DNA from: Mantamonas sphyraenae STR306
Taxonomy: Eukaryota > Protista > CRuMs
Direction: 5' to 3'
Length of the DNA: 64,000 nt
Assembly (NCBI GenBank): GCA_026936335.1
Contig: JAPMXV010000001.1
Span: 377,343-441,342 of the forward strand
Shown: piece by piece, positions 24,897-36,128 of the stretch
How the letters are laid out: each line of letters begins with the position of its first letter
How positions within the stretch are numbered: position 1 is the first letter of the stretch
Position numbers and translations under genes: made by a program
The notes under the pieces: generated by a model
The model's input: the letters and a program-made list of their open reading frames with translations, nothing else
Databases searched by the model: none
Told to the model about the DNA's origin: nothing

Positions 24897-25988
24897 ATGT
24901 TCTGGGGCGGCGGCAACGGGGCGGACAAGGGGGAGGACGAACAGTCACTGAACCAAGGGAAGCGCAACACGTATGGAAGCGCAGGGGAGAAACAGGAGGG
25001 GCAGGAAAGGCAGGAGACGAGGAAAAGTGAAAGCTGGGGCGAATGGTTGTCGTCGACGCTGTGGCCAGGGAGCAGCAGCAGCAGCAACAGCAACAGCAAC
25101 AGTGATGAAAGCGATGCTTTCAAGTCCATTCTGACGGCTCAGGGCAAAGAGTCCACAGAGAGGACGCTGGCGACGGTGCGGCGGCCAGAGCGGAAGAAGC
25201 GAGCAGAAGCGGACGAGGAGCGTGTGCGTGCACAGGAGAGGGAGGCGGCGATGAAGTCTCTGGAGGAGTCTGGCGAGCCATTGTACTATACGTACGTGGT
25301 CGAGGACGGGGACACGTTGCAGGGGATTGCGCTGAAGCACAACGTGACGGTGAACGACCTGAAACGGAGCAACAATCTGTACGGCAGCGAGCTGTTCCAG
25401 AGTGAGCTGATCATTCCGCTGTCAGCAGACCACCCGAACTATGCGGCGACATTCGAGGCGCAACGAAGGGAGCAACTGCGGAAGCGTTTCGTGCAGGAAC
25501 AGGAAGAGGCGAGCGAAGAGTAGGTTTTTGGCACTGGGTGGGGGGCTGTGCAAGGAGTGGTTTGACGCGTGCTGACACGTGAATGGGGTGCACACTGGTG
25601 TTTGCATGCAACACGGGCACGTTTGTGTGTTGTTGGGTGTAGGGATGCGGAGCACTTTCTTTGCGAGGCACTGTACAATTACAAGGAGGCTGTGGAAGCG
25701 TTTCAACGCGCTTGCGTGAACGACCTGCGGCGGCTGAGCAAGCCAAGCTCGGCCGTTCTGAGAGACCGGAAGGAGATTGAGAGCGCGGCGGACAATGAGG
25801 ATGAAGGGGACGGGACGCAGATGCTCAAGAGGCGCATGCGTGAGGAGAGTAGCGGCAGTGTTGGGGAGAGTGGGAAGCGGTCGTTGTCGACGTCGTCGTC
25901 GTCGCCATCTGCATCCACGTCGTCGCCCATGTCGTCTCAACGGGCCAACACGCCTAAATTTTCCACGGACGACATGTTTGAGTTGTGA
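24897..25988 (+). CDS. LysM-domain protein (2 exons)
   Basis: YVVEDGDTLQGIALKHNVTVNDLKRSNNLYGSELFQSELIIP is a canonical LysM. Intron ~25520-25642, followed by a UBA-like helix (DAEHFLCEALYNYKEAVEAF). Confidence 0.8.
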
Positions 25989-26050
25989 GGAGGGATTTGG
26001 AAGCGTGGAGAAAGAGGGATCACATCGAGCCAACAATGTCTTTGTTAGTT

Positions 26051-27325
26051 TTACGAAAGGGAATCGATGAGCGACTTGCGCATGTCCTTGAGGATGTTTG
26101 TGGGCTGTGCATCCTCGAGCTTAAAGATGTGCTCGAGGACAGCAATCTCTGTGGAGGTTGTGTCGAGGCCGCAAAAGGCGGACCAGTCGTTGGCGACAAT
26201 GCCCGAACCGAGCTGCTCAGAGCCTCGGTTGACGGTACCAGCCACGAGGGGCACCTGGAGAAGCTTGGAAAGCTCGTCGAGCTCCTCGACTGTGGTTTGA
26301 GGGTGGACAATTCCGCCGTTGTTGGTGAAGCGACAGTAGGTTCCGACGAGCGAGTTGCTCGCGATGCTGTGAGTACAGAATGGGTAGATGGGTAGGTTGG
26401 AGGTGGGTTTGGGTTGGTGAGAGTTAGTGGGCAGGCTGTGCGGCCGTGCGGCCGTGCACGGAACGAGAGTTGGTTGTGTACACACCTCTGTTGAAAGACC
26501 TCGACGCCAAGGACGTCGGCTACGATCTCTTCTGTCTCCTGAGGGTGGAGAGAGGGTCACAAAGAGGGAAAGACGGGCGGAGTGTGTGCAGTGTGAGCAG
26601 ATGGACGAGGGTGAGGAGCAAGGGGGTGGGGAAGACGGAATCGGACGCATTTCGACGCACCCTATCAAGGTCGGGATGGGACAACGCCACATAGTCGTTG
26701 CAGGCAATGCAGTTGCCGAGGGCAGAGAGGCGCTCTTCAACGCGCTGTAGGGAGAAAGGCGGTGTGCAGAACCAGAGGCACAAGCGGGGGTTGAGAGTGT
26801 TAGCCAATCTTTCCGTGAAAACGCAAGCAGGAAGGAGCCCTGCGTTCGGACGTGGCAGGAGGAGCACAGCGTGCATGGAGGCAGGTGAAACAGACCTGAA
26901 CAACCACTTCGTCTGGAAGAGAGTTGCGAATGTGGAGCAACTCCTGGTCGCTGCAGGTGTTTGGCAGCAGGAGGCCGTTCTTGTTGCCTGGCCGGACCCG
27001 AGGCAAAGGGTTGGGTTAGCACAAGGTGCACACGCGAAGGATACAGGCAAGGCGGAAGCGAAGGTGAAGAAGCACGGGAGGAGAAGGGACGATGCTTGTT
27101 TGGGAGCGGGGTGGGAGGGCGCGACATACCGACACAGAGGTTGCCGACGAGAGCGGAATCGGCGACGTCGGCATGGATGACGGGGATCTTGCTCTCGTCC
27201 AGCTCGTTCTCAAACACCGAGTAGAAGTTCTGCGAACCTCCATTGGCCACCAGACAGTAGCTGTTGGTAAGGAGGGAGAACACACCGATCTCGGAAGAGT
27301 TTTCGTACTCGCAACGAACTGCCAT
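26051..27325 (-). CDS. EIF6: Eukaryotic translation initiation factor 6 (multi-exon)
   Basis: [101 protein letters not shown]. Confidence 0.97.
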   Translation of the reverse strand: MAVRCEYENSSEIGVFSLLTNSYCLVANGGSQNFYSVFENELDESKIPVIHADVADSALVGNLCVGMSRPPTPLPNKHRPFSSRASSPSLPPCLYPSRVHLVLTQPFASGPARQQERPPAAKHLQRPGVAPHSQLSSRRSGCSGLFHLPPCTLCSSCHVRTQGSFLLAFSRKDWLTLSTPACASGSAHRLSPYSALKSASLPSATALPATTMWRCPIPTLIGCVEMRPIPSSPPPCSSPSSICSHCTHSARLSLFVTLSPPSGDRRDRSRRPWRRGLSTEVCTQPTLVPCTAARPHSLPTNSHQPKPTSNLPIYPFCTHSIASNSLVGTYCRFTNNGGIVHPQTTVEELDELSKLLQVPLVAGTVNRGSEQLGSGIVANDWSAFCGLDTTSTEIAVLEHIFKLEDAQPTNILKDMRKSLIDSLS

Positions 27326-27467
27326 GGTGTTCTTGTGTGGATTTGGGTGGTTTGACCAGGGCTGGGCATTCTTCGAGGCATGGATGGTGCTGCCAGGTTG
27401 AGAGAAAAGAGAAAGCATGTGTCCCAGGTGAAGTGAGAGTTGGAATGGAGGGGGGGGGGTTCGGAGG

Positions 27468-28872
27468 ATGATGTCGATGGGCTGGGCCGCTGGACTCGCC
27501 AACCTCGCCAACCGAAACAACACGCGAATGTTTGTGCGCCAGAGCGTCCGAAAGGCAGGCTTGGTTCAGACGAGCCGGGCAGGAGTGAGCTGTTTGAAGG
27601 TGGATGTGGCTGGAGAAGGCGAGGGGCGGCGGGGTATGGCGTCGGCAGCCGGGTTTGGTGGTCGGTCGTCGGTGAGCGGCATCACGGCAACGGTGTTTGG
27701 CGCAACAGGGTTTGTGGGCCGATACGTGGTGGGCCGCCTAGGCCGCATTGGGTCGCAGGTGGTTGTGCCGCACCGAGGAGACGAGCACGATGTGCGTCAC
27801 CTCAAGGTGATGGGCGACCTGGGCCAAATTGTGCCTGTACCTTTCCATGCGCGTGACCGGGAGTCGATTGCACGTGCGGTGGAGCATTCGAACGTGGTGA
27901 TCAACCTGGCGTCGCGCGACTACGAGACAAAGAACTTCAAGTTTGCGGACGTGAACTGCACGCTGGCGCATACGATTGCCGAGGTGTGTGCCGAGGCGCC
28001 GAATGTCGAGCGGTTTATTCACGTCTCTGCACTGGCAGCAGACGAGGACTCGGCATCCGAGTGGGCTCGCACAAAGGTACGTGGTGGCGACGTGGTGTGT
28101 AGGGTGTCTTTGCGTGCATGGGACTCGGTGCGCAGGTGCAAGGGGCGCAAGAGGGCCTTTTCAATGCGCGCAGAGCGAAAAAGCAGCGTGGAAGCGGAAC
28201 TGGTCTGAGCAGGCGTAGAGAGACAGCGGCTGACACAGAAAGGCACGTGTGGGGGCAAAACACCTGGCGTACACACGGATGGACGTTGTGCGTGGGCACA
28301 CACAGGCTGTGGGCGAGGTGCAGGTGCGTAGCGCGTTTCCGAACGCAACGGTGCTGCGGCCGGCGGACATTTTCGGCCACGAGGACCGCTTCATCAACTT
28401 CTTTGGGTGGCTGCTTAGCAACTTCAACCGCGTGATGGCGTACAATGACGGACAGACGAAGCACCAGCCCGTGCACGTGAGCGACGTGGTGACGGCAGTG
28501 ATGCACGCACTGCGGGACCCGTCGACAGTGGGACAGGTGTACGACCTGGCTGGCCCTCGCACATACACGCAGGACGATATTTGCGAAATGATCTGCGCGG
28601 AAACGAAGCGGGACTTCAACAAGCTGACCGTGCCCAAGCTTGCACATAAGCTGTCGAGCCGCGTGTGGAACCTGGCGCCGCACCCGCAGGTGAACCCGTC
28701 CAAGGTGGAGCTGCTGTACGCAGACAATCTGCTGGACGCCAACACGCCGAACAAGGTGTTTGCCGACCTTGGCATCGAGCCCGAGGCGCTGGAGGAGCAC
28801 ATCACCAACTACGCACGCCGCTACATGAAGCTCACGCGCATGATGGGTGTCAACATGGATTCCCAGGCATGA
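27468..28872 (+). CDS. NDUFA9: Complex I 39-kDa subunit (2 exons)
   Basis: GGRSSVSGITATVFGATGFVGRYVV, HLKVMGDLGQIV, SNVVINL..RDYETKNF, RPADIFGHEDRF, QPVHVSDV; mitochondrial presequence-like N-terminus. Confidence 0.95.
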
Positions 28873-29028
28873 GTGCAAAGTCTCAATGGCGCTGTGCGGA
28901 GACGGGAAACTGGGAGGGAGGGAGGAGGAGCGTGTGTTGCAATGGGTCGGAAAGGTTCTCGAGGACCGCGCCGTCGAAACAAAAGCAATCCCTGCCCAAG
29001 AGCCTCTGATATTTATTTGGCAAAAGAG

Positions 29029-32000
29029 ATGGCATCGACAGATCGCAACGCAGATCTGTCGACGCGTCCATCGCGCATGATGTCGGATGCGGTGCCCATG
29101 TTTGACCTGGAGGAGCTTGCAACTTCGTCCAGCAACGAGTCGGAAGGGCGCAGCAGAGTGCATGCGATGCTGCACTCGCACAGTACGCGTGAGCGTACGC
29201 TGTCGCAGAGCTCGAGCGGTAGCGCGGACAGAGTTGGCGTGTCGCCGATTCCTTTGCTCAACCTGGATCGGCGCCAAAGCGTGCACGGGTCGATTGCAAC
29301 CCCCGAACAGTCCACATACGGACAACGATCGAAATCGAGCTTGTCACAACTAACCAGCCCGGCACGAGGGATGAGTAGGGCACCGTCTTTGGGCTCGGGC
29401 AGCCCTGTACAGCATCCAGGGTCGGTGGCACGACGGATGAGCGCCTCTGGGTTTGGCAAACAGTTTTCGCCACGCATCCAACGGCAAATAGCCAACTTTG
29501 TGGGGTCGGACAGTGTCGCAGAAGAAAGCCACATGGAAGGGGTAACGGAACGCACAAGTTCTCGAGTACACAGTGTGGAAGAAGAGACGAATGAGGAAAG
29601 CGGGGTGGAGCCGTTGGTGGACGTCGTGGCGGAGGAGCTGGAGAACGGTGTACAGGTGGAAATGGCACTACAGCCGCTACTCAACACAAGCGATGGCCTG
29701 AGCAGCATGTTGGACAACCTGTCGATGAAGACAGTGCGGCTTCAGTTTGATCAGGAGGAGTTGGAACGGTCGTTCCAAGCAAACCTGCCCGAGCTCACGG
29801 CTCACTACTTGCCCTTTCTTCTCCTCTTCCTCTTTGTGTTTGCCAACGCAGAGCAGATGACACTATTCGCCGAGCACTTTTCCGGGCAGTCGTGGATGAG
29901 CATGCCCGGCATTGCGTATCTCGTGTTTATTGGCGTTGTGTATTCTCTCGCCGTTTCGCTGCTGGGAGTCCGGACAAGGCAGGCGTCGCACAGTGTGCAC
30001 GGCCAGACGCGTGCGGTGCTGCTCATCATTGCTGCGGGCTCTCTCGTGCTGCAGATGATATTCGTGCAGCGCCTGTATATCGCCACGCAGGTAGCGGTGG
30101 CGGCGGCCAGTTTCACGCTGACGGGCTTTGCGTCCTACTCAAGTTTGTACTTGGCGGTGGCGTATGTGCTTCTCCCTGTGCTTGTGTTTGCAATGGGTTT
30201 TGTGGTGGACCCGGTGGCAGCAGAGGCAGTGATGTCCTCGCGGGCATTTTGGCTCAGCTTTGCGCTGCTGGCGAACATTGTGCTCATGTTGTACCTGAGC
30301 ATGCGGCTGGTAGAGAGCGACGCCCGCGAACAGTTTCTATTTGACTACTTCCGGCTGCTGTATCTGGAAGAAGTGGAGGCGCAGAGGGCTATCAACGATC
30401 GGTACCTGGGCAACATTCTGCCGAGCGCCATCATCGCCAAGCTGGAAGCAGACCCGTCGCTGATTGCGGAACCGCACGACGACGTGTCGGTGATGTTTTG
30501 TCGCTTCCAAGGCCTGGACATGCCGAAGGACAGGGAGGAGGTGGCAGACCTGCTGCGCACGTTTGCCAAGATTCTCAAGGTGACGGACGAGCTGACGGAC
30601 GCGCACGAGGCGGAAAAGATCAAAACGATTGGATCGAACACAGTGATGATTGTTGCTGGGGTTCCTGAGCAGAGGGAGAAGCATGCGCGTGTGCTGGTGG
30701 ACCTTGCGTTGGATTTGCGGGACGCCTTGAACACGCTGTACGAGCAGGGGCGCATCAGGAGAGTACACTGCCAAATCGGTATCAACAGTGGGTCATTGGT
30801 GGCCGGTGTGCTGTCCACGCGCGCAGGCTTGTCGTTTGACGTGTTTGGTGACTGTGTAAACACCGCGGCGCGGATGCAGTCGCACGGAGCGATTGACCGC
30901 ATCCACGTGTCGTCGTCGACATACTTACATGTGAAGGACGACTTTCCGTTTGTTGTTCGCGAACCGATGGACATCAAGGGGAAGGGTGTCATGCAGACGT
31001 ACTTTGTGGACACAGAGCAGCTGGAGCGAAAGCAGCCAACGACGAGCACAGCGACCAGAGCAACGGATGCGTCTGCGGACTCATCCAAAGGAGGTGTGCG
31101 CGCCTCGTTGATGTCACGTGCACACAGTCTTCGCACAGTGAAGGCCAGCAGAGCGAAACGGATGGCCAAGGGCATGGCCGAGGAAGAGGAGAGAGAAAGC
31201 AAGGTGGTGGAGAAACCGCAGCGGGCAAGGAGACGCAGCAGCGCCAGTGGCAGCCAAAGTTCCGATTATTCGAGTCCGAGGCGATTCCGCATGGAGAGTT
31301 TGATGGAAATACCAGAAACAGGGCTGGGCGAGGAGGAGGACGTGGAGACGGGGGAGGCTGGGGAGGCGGCAGTGTTGCAAAAGTCTGGGTCAAGTACGGG
31401 ATCGGATGGGTTGGAAATGCGATGGGAAGACGTGCGCCCGTCGGAAGATAACGAAGAGATGGAGGAAGGAGATGGATTCGACGTGATGTTCAGCAACCCG
31501 GAGCTGTGGCGTACGCGGGTGCGTGCGGCACGCCTGCCAAGCCAAGGGTCGTTGGGGAGGATGGAGATACCAGCAGGACAGACGCGTGTGCAACGAACGC
31601 TGAAGTTTAGCGGTCTGACGTACGAGCGAGAGGCGTTTCGGACGACGCGACGGCTGCGGTCGTCGACGATTGACTCGGGGTCATCGCGGGGCACAGAGGA
31701 CACAGGTACGGTTGAAGGGGGCGAATGGGATGGCCAGGGTGCAACCAGTAGCGACGTGCGCGCTTTGGTATCGCCAAAGAGGACTCGGCTGGAGCGACGC
31801 GGTCGGGCGATGAGCGAAGCGTCGGGAAGCCCACCAAAACGACGGCACGTTGGTGCAACGGTGGCGCCGATTGTTGGGGACGTGAGACAAGAGTCGGAGG
31901 TGGAGAGAGGTGACAGAGGAGGAGATGATGGGACCCTGGATGCGGTGTTGGTGGGGTCGCTGAGACCCGAGGCAGCACGCGCAAACGCACCGCGACGCAA

Positions 32001-33627
32001 TTCACACATCAACATGAGCGAAACATTGAAGCGAGGCAGCTTATCACAAATTGCAGGCCGCAAAGGGAGTACGAACAGTGACAAGGGAGGAGAGGGCAAC
32101 GTGGCGCCTGGAGCGAACCATGAGGCTCTGATGCGGCGTGCGTCGACGCGGAACATCATGGCACGGACAGCAGGCAAGAAGGAACGCAAGGTGAACAAAC
32201 ACTTGCAGTCGATGCTGAACCAGGGGACGCAGGGTGTTGGAGAGGAGGGGCGGGTGGCTATGGGGCTGATTACGCTGTGGTTCGAGAGTGACGAGCTGGA
32301 GTCCAAGTACAGGGAGATGCGTGTGGAGCAGGAGGCACGAGAGACGGTGGTGTTGGCAAGGGCGGTGTTGCTGTTGATGGTGAGCATCGGAGTCATCGAG
32401 GTGGCAATGGTGGCAATGGTGGAAGATTTGCAAGGGATCACGGGGACAACAGTGGGCCTTGTGCTGCGTGTGGTTCTGTTGATGGTGGCGTGTGTGTACA
32501 TGCTGGCGGGGAGCCAACAGGAGCGGCGAGATCGGTCACGGATGACCAATCCGTTCCGTGTGGCGACACAAGGGACCGAATGGACGCGACGGGTGTGCAG
32601 CCAGTGGAGCCGAGTGGGGTTGCTGGTGGCTGTGCTGGCGCTGCAAGCGGCGCAAGTTTGGTTGTACGAGGAAGAGCTGTATTTGAGTTCGCTGTGCCTG
32701 CCGATTTTGGTTGCGTTCATGTTTAGCGGGGTGGAGTTTGTGACGACAATGAGCCTGATGACGGCAGGGGTTGTGTTTATGGTGGTGCTGATGTCGGTGC
32801 AAGAGTACAGCAACTTGGGCTGGGTGGAAGCATTGGTGAGCTACATGGGGGTGTGTACTGGGGGAGCGTTTGCGCTGTATCATTGGGAGACGTCGTTGCG
32901 TGTGACGTTCCTGACTGGGCTGTCGCTGGAAAAGGACAAACGAGACCTTGTACGAGAGCAGCAACGCACGGATGCGCTGCTAAGCAGCATCATGCCATCG
33001 CTGATGCTGAAGCAGATGCGGAGCAGCAGCGAGTCGGCGGCGATCTCGACGTTTTCGGTGTACTTTCCGGACGCATGCATTCTGGTGGCAGACTTGGTTG
33101 GGTTCACGCCTCTGTGCAACCGGTTGAGCGCTGTGGAAGTGGTGGAGATTCTGAACGACGTGTTTGGCCTGTACGACAAGGTGGCCCACAAGCACGGGGT
33201 GCAAAAGATCAAGACGCTGGGCGATGCGGTGGTGATTGCGTCGAGTCCGTATCTGGGCGTAAAGGGCAATCCGGCACATGCGCTGGCGCGGACTGCGCTG
33301 GACCTTGTACGCGTGACAAAGGAGTACCAGGGCCGGGATGGGGTGGAGCTGAAGGTTCGTGTGGGCATAGACTGTGGCCCTGTGGTGGCGGGTATTCTGG
33401 GCAAGACCAAGGTGTCGTGGGATCTGTATGGACAAGCGGTGGACACGGCGACGGCGATGGAATCGAGCTCCGAGACAGGGCGCATTCACGTGACCGAAGC
33501 GTTTGCAAAGTTGGTGGACGAAGTGTACGTTGTGGAGAAGCGTGGGCGTGTGGCATTGGACGTGCACGGGGAAACGCGCGTGATGGAGAGTTGGTTTCTT
33601 GGGGAGAAGCGGCGGACGGCGTGGTGA
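29029..33627 (+). CDS. Membrane adenylyl cyclase, 2x(TM cluster + class III catalytic domain)
   Basis: Two TM blocks, each followed by a cyclase domain: EKIKTIGSNTVM/FDVFGDCVNTAARMQSHG and ILVADLVGFT/KIKTLGDA/WDLYGQAVDTATAMES. Intronless ORF; start could be 28942. Confidence 0.9.
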   Translation: MASTDRNADLSTRPSRMMSDAVPMFDLEELATSSSNESEGRSRVHAMLHSHSTRERTLSQSSSGSADRVGVSPIPLLNLDRRQSVHGSIATPEQSTYGQRSKSSLSQLTSPARGMSRAPSLGSGSPVQHPGSVARRMSASGFGKQFSPRIQRQIANFVGSDSVAEESHMEGVTERTSSRVHSVEEETNEESGVEPLVDVVAEELENGVQVEMALQPLLNTSDGLSSMLDNLSMKTVRLQFDQEELERSFQANLPELTAHYLPFLLLFLFVFANAEQMTLFAEHFSGQSWMSMPGIAYLVFIGVVYSLAVSLLGVRTRQASHSVHGQTRAVLLIIAAGSLVLQMIFVQRLYIATQVAVAAASFTLTGFASYSSLYLAVAYVLLPVLVFAMGFVVDPVAAEAVMSSRAFWLSFALLANIVLMLYLSMRLVESDAREQFLFDYFRLLYLEEVEAQRAINDRYLGNILPSAIIAKLEADPSLIAEPHDDVSVMFCRFQGLDMPKDREEVADLLRTFAKILKVTDELTDAHEAEKIKTIGSNTVMIVAGVPEQREKHARVLVDLALDLRDALNTLYEQGRIRRVHCQIGINSGSLVAGVLSTRAGLSFDVFGDCVNTAARMQSHGAIDRIHVSSSTYLHVKDDFPFVVREPMDIKGKGVMQTYFVDTEQLERKQPTTSTATRATDASADSSKGGVRASLMSRAHSLRTVKASRAKRMAKGMAEEEERESKVVEKPQRARRRSSASGSQSSDYSSPRRFRMESLMEIPETGLGEEEDVETGEAGEAAVLQKSGSSTGSDGLEMRWEDVRPSEDNEEMEEGDGFDVMFSNPELWRTRVRAARLPSQGSLGRMEIPAGQTRVQRTLKFSGLTYEREAFRTTRRLRSSTIDSGSSRGTEDTGTVEGGEWDGQGATSSDVRALVSPKRTRLERRGRAMSEASGSPPKRRHVGATVAPIVGDVRQESEVERGDRGGDDGTLDAVLVGSLRPEAARANAPRRNSHINMSETLKRGSLSQIAGRKGSTNSDKGGEGNVAPGANHEALMRRASTRNIMARTAGKKERKVNKHLQSMLNQGTQGVGEEGRVAMGLITLWFESDELESKYREMRVEQEARETVVLARAVLLLMVSIGVIEVAMVAMVEDLQGITGTTVGLVLRVVLLMVACVYMLAGSQQERRDRSRMTNPFRVATQGTEWTRRVCSQWSRVGLLVAVLALQAAQVWLYEEELYLSSLCLPILVAFMFSGVEFVTTMSLMTAGVVFMVVLMSVQEYSNLGWVEALVSYMGVCTGGAFALYHWETSLRVTFLTGLSLEKDKRDLVREQQRTDALLSSIMPSLMLKQMRSSSESAAISTFSVYFPDACILVADLVGFTPLCNRLSAVEVVEILNDVFGLYDKVAHKHGVQKIKTLGDAVVIASSPYLGVKGNPAHALARTALDLVRVTKEYQGRDGVELKVRVGIDCGPVVAGILGKTKVSWDLYGQAVDTATAMESSSETGRIHVTEAFAKLVDEVYVVEKRGRVALDVHGETRVMESWFLGEKRRTAW

Positions 33628-33683
33628 GACAAGAGAGTGGTTGTGGGAAGCATGGAATGGAAGGAAAGATGCATTCAGTGCGA

Positions 33684-35945
33684 TCACAGGCCCTTGACAG
33701 TGAGAAAGGCGTCTTTCGAGGGGTCGCGTCCGAGAAAGTCGACGAGGGCATCCATGGAGTCGCGGGAGCCGCCGGTGCCGAGGATGTACTTGCGGTACTT
33801 TGCGCCCATGTCTGTGTTCATGACGCCGTTCTGCTTGAACTGGAGGAACATGTCTGCGGAAAAGACCTCTGACCAGAGGTAGCCGTAGTAGCCAGCGTCG
33901 TAGCCGCCCATGAGGTGGCCAAATGCGGCGACGGGGTTTGTGCCCGGGGTGTGCTCGACCTTTGTGATGTCTGTGCGCAGGGACTCCCAAAGAGTCTCAG
34001 AGGGGCCCTGGAGCTGGTTTGTGTGGACGGTCATGTCAAAGACGCCAAAGAAGATCTGGCGGAGGGTGAGGAGGGCGACGTTTGCGTTCTTTGCGGCGAC
34101 CATGCGGTCGATGGTGTCCTTGGGCAGTTTGTCGTCAGTGTTCTTGTAGTGACCACTCATGCGCTCGAGGATCTCGGGCTGCCAGACCCAGTTTTCGAGC
34201 ATCTGGGACGGGGCCTCGACAAAGTCGCGCTCGACGTTTGTGCCTGCAAAGCGGGCGTACTTGGCCTGTGTGCAGAGGCCGTGCATGACGTGGCCAAACT
34301 CGTGGAAGTAGGTGACGACCTCGTTGTGGTTGAGGAGGGAAGGCTTGTCTTCGGTTGGCTGGTTGAAGTTGCAGACCATGGCTGCGGCGGGTTTCTGACG
34401 GGTGGAGCCGTCTTGGGAGAGGCAGCCCGGCTGGAGCGGGAAGCAGGCGGCGTGTGTGTACTTGCCGTCGCGCGGGTGGAGGTCGAGGTAAAAGTGGCCA
34501 ACAAAGTCGTTTGAGGCAGCGTCGTGGACCTGGAAGAGCTGGACGTCCTTGTGCCAGACTTGGGGCTGGTCGACTTGAGTGAACACGAGGCCGAGAAGCT
34601 CCTGGTAGATGTCGAGGAGAGCCTTGGTGACGATCTGGATGGGGAAGTACTGGCGGATGGCCTCGTCGTCGACCTGGTACTCGGTTTCGAGGAGCTTGTG
34701 GTGGTAGTAGCGGAAGTCCCATGCGTTGAGCTTGCCGTCAAAGTCGACGCCGTTGTCTTTGCACTCCTGTTCCTTGAGCTGGAGGAGCTTTTCCTTCTCT
34801 GCGGCGGCGGCGGGCTGGAGTTTCTCGATGAGCTCGTTCTCCATGTCCATGACGGCGTCCGAGTTCTTGGCCATCTTGACCTCGAGCTTGTAGGCGGCGT
34901 GGTGTTGGTAGCCCATGAGTTCGGCAATCTGCTGGCGAAGCTGGACGGCGCGCTCAAAGAGGGGCACGTTCTCGTCGATGAGCTTGGAGGAGTTTGTGAC
35001 CTCCATGGTTTTGCGAGTGGCCTCGACCTGGCACTTGTCCATGACGGGAAGTAGGTCGGGGTACTTGAGAGTGAAGACGTACTTGCCGTCGTCGTCGAGC
35101 GGGTGGCTCTTGACAAAGTCGTCGGGGAGACCGGTGAGCTCGTCGGCGGAGAAATGGAGCTTGGTGACCTCTTCGTTCATGTTTTTGGAAAACTCGATGC
35201 ATGCGTCGGAGAGTTCCTTCTTGAGCTCCTTGATCTTGTCCTGGGTTTCCTGATCGAGCTCGAGGCCGTTGCGCTTGTAGCCGAGGAGGACCTTTTCCAT
35301 GAAGCGCTTGTCCTCGTCGTCGAGATCGAGGTCGCCTGGGTTGGCAAGGATGCGCTGGTGGGCGGCGGAGAGCTTGAGAAAGACGTCCTGACGCATGCCG
35401 TCGTCAATGTCAAACTGCGAGAGTTTGCGGTCTGCTTCTGTGCTTGCCTCGCGGATGGCCTTGTCCTCGCAGACGTACTGTGGGAAGTGGATGCTAGAGC
35501 CTTGCGTGCGGGACCAGCGCTCGACGTCTGCGATGGCCTGGAAGGTGTTTTCCCAGGTGAGGGCGTCTGGACGGAAACGGGAGGAGGATTGGGGGAGTGG
35601 CAAACGGGGAAGAGGCGGACGGAAGGCGGAGGGGGAACCGGGAGGGGGGGGGGGGGTAGGGGAGCAGGAAGGGTGAGTGCGTGGGCAAAGGTGGTGAGGA
35701 GAGGCGTAGGTGAAACGAGGAGGAAGCAGGAAAGTGTGTGGAGGGGCGGGAGGGCGGAAGAGGGATTCGCGGGGGCAACTCCCTGGGGAGTTGGAGTTGG
35801 AGGGGAACATACCGTCGTCGAGGGCGGCAATGGAGTCAGAAACAGCCTGGACCTTTTCGATGATCTCGTCCGCCTTTTGGGCGATCTGATCTGCAGTGAG
35901 AGTCCAGTCGAGGAATTCCGGGGCGGCGTATGCGTCGGAGGACAT
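33684..35945 (-). CDS. THOP1: Thimet oligopeptidase/neurolysin, peptidase M3A (2 exons)
   Basis: FYLDLHPRDGKYTHAA, VTYFHEFGHVMH (HExxH), VERDFVEAPSQMLENW, FGHLMGGYDAGYYGYLWSEVFSADMF. Confidence 0.93.
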   Translation of the reverse strand: MSSDAYAAPEFLDWTLTADQIAQKADEIIEKVQAVSDSIAALDDGMFPSNSNSPGSCPRESLFRPPAPPHTFLLPPRFTYASPHHLCPRTHPSCSPTPPPPPGSPSAFRPPLPRLPLPQSSSRFRPDALTWENTFQAIADVERWSRTQGSSIHFPQYVCEDKAIREASTEADRKLSQFDIDDGMRQDVFLKLSAAHQRILANPGDLDLDDEDKRFMEKVLLGYKRNGLELDQETQDKIKELKKELSDACIEFSKNMNEEVTKLHFSADELTGLPDDFVKSHPLDDDGKYVFTLKYPDLLPVMDKCQVEATRKTMEVTNSSKLIDENVPLFERAVQLRQQIAELMGYQHHAAYKLEVKMAKNSDAVMDMENELIEKLQPAAAAEKEKLLQLKEQECKDNGVDFDGKLNAWDFRYYHHKLLETEYQVDDEAIRQYFPIQIVTKALLDIYQELLGLVFTQVDQPQVWHKDVQLFQVHDAASNDFVGHFYLDLHPRDGKYTHAACFPLQPGCLSQDGSTRQKPAAAMVCNFNQPTEDKPSLLNHNEVVTYFHEFGHVMHGLCTQAKYARFAGTNVERDFVEAPSQMLENWVWQPEILERMSGHYKNTDDKLPKDTIDRMVAAKNANVALLTLRQIFFGVFDMTVHTNQLQGPSETLWESLRTDITKVEHTPGTNPVAAFGHLMGGYDAGYYGYLWSEVFSADMFLQFKQNGVMNTDMGAKYRKYILGTGGSRDSMDALVDFLGRDPSKDAFLTVKGL

Positions 35946-36128
35946 GTTTGTGGATGTTTCGGGTGGGTGGGACGGCGTGTGAAGCGTGCGAGGTGTGGAT
36001 GACGGAAAGGGGGAAGGGGTAGGGGGGGTAGGATGGGTGGGTAGGGGCAGGGGGTCAAGGGTGATGTGGAGAGTCGGGAGACGGAATGGAAGGAGCGGAG
36101 TCGCAGGCAACCCAAGCACACGACGAGC

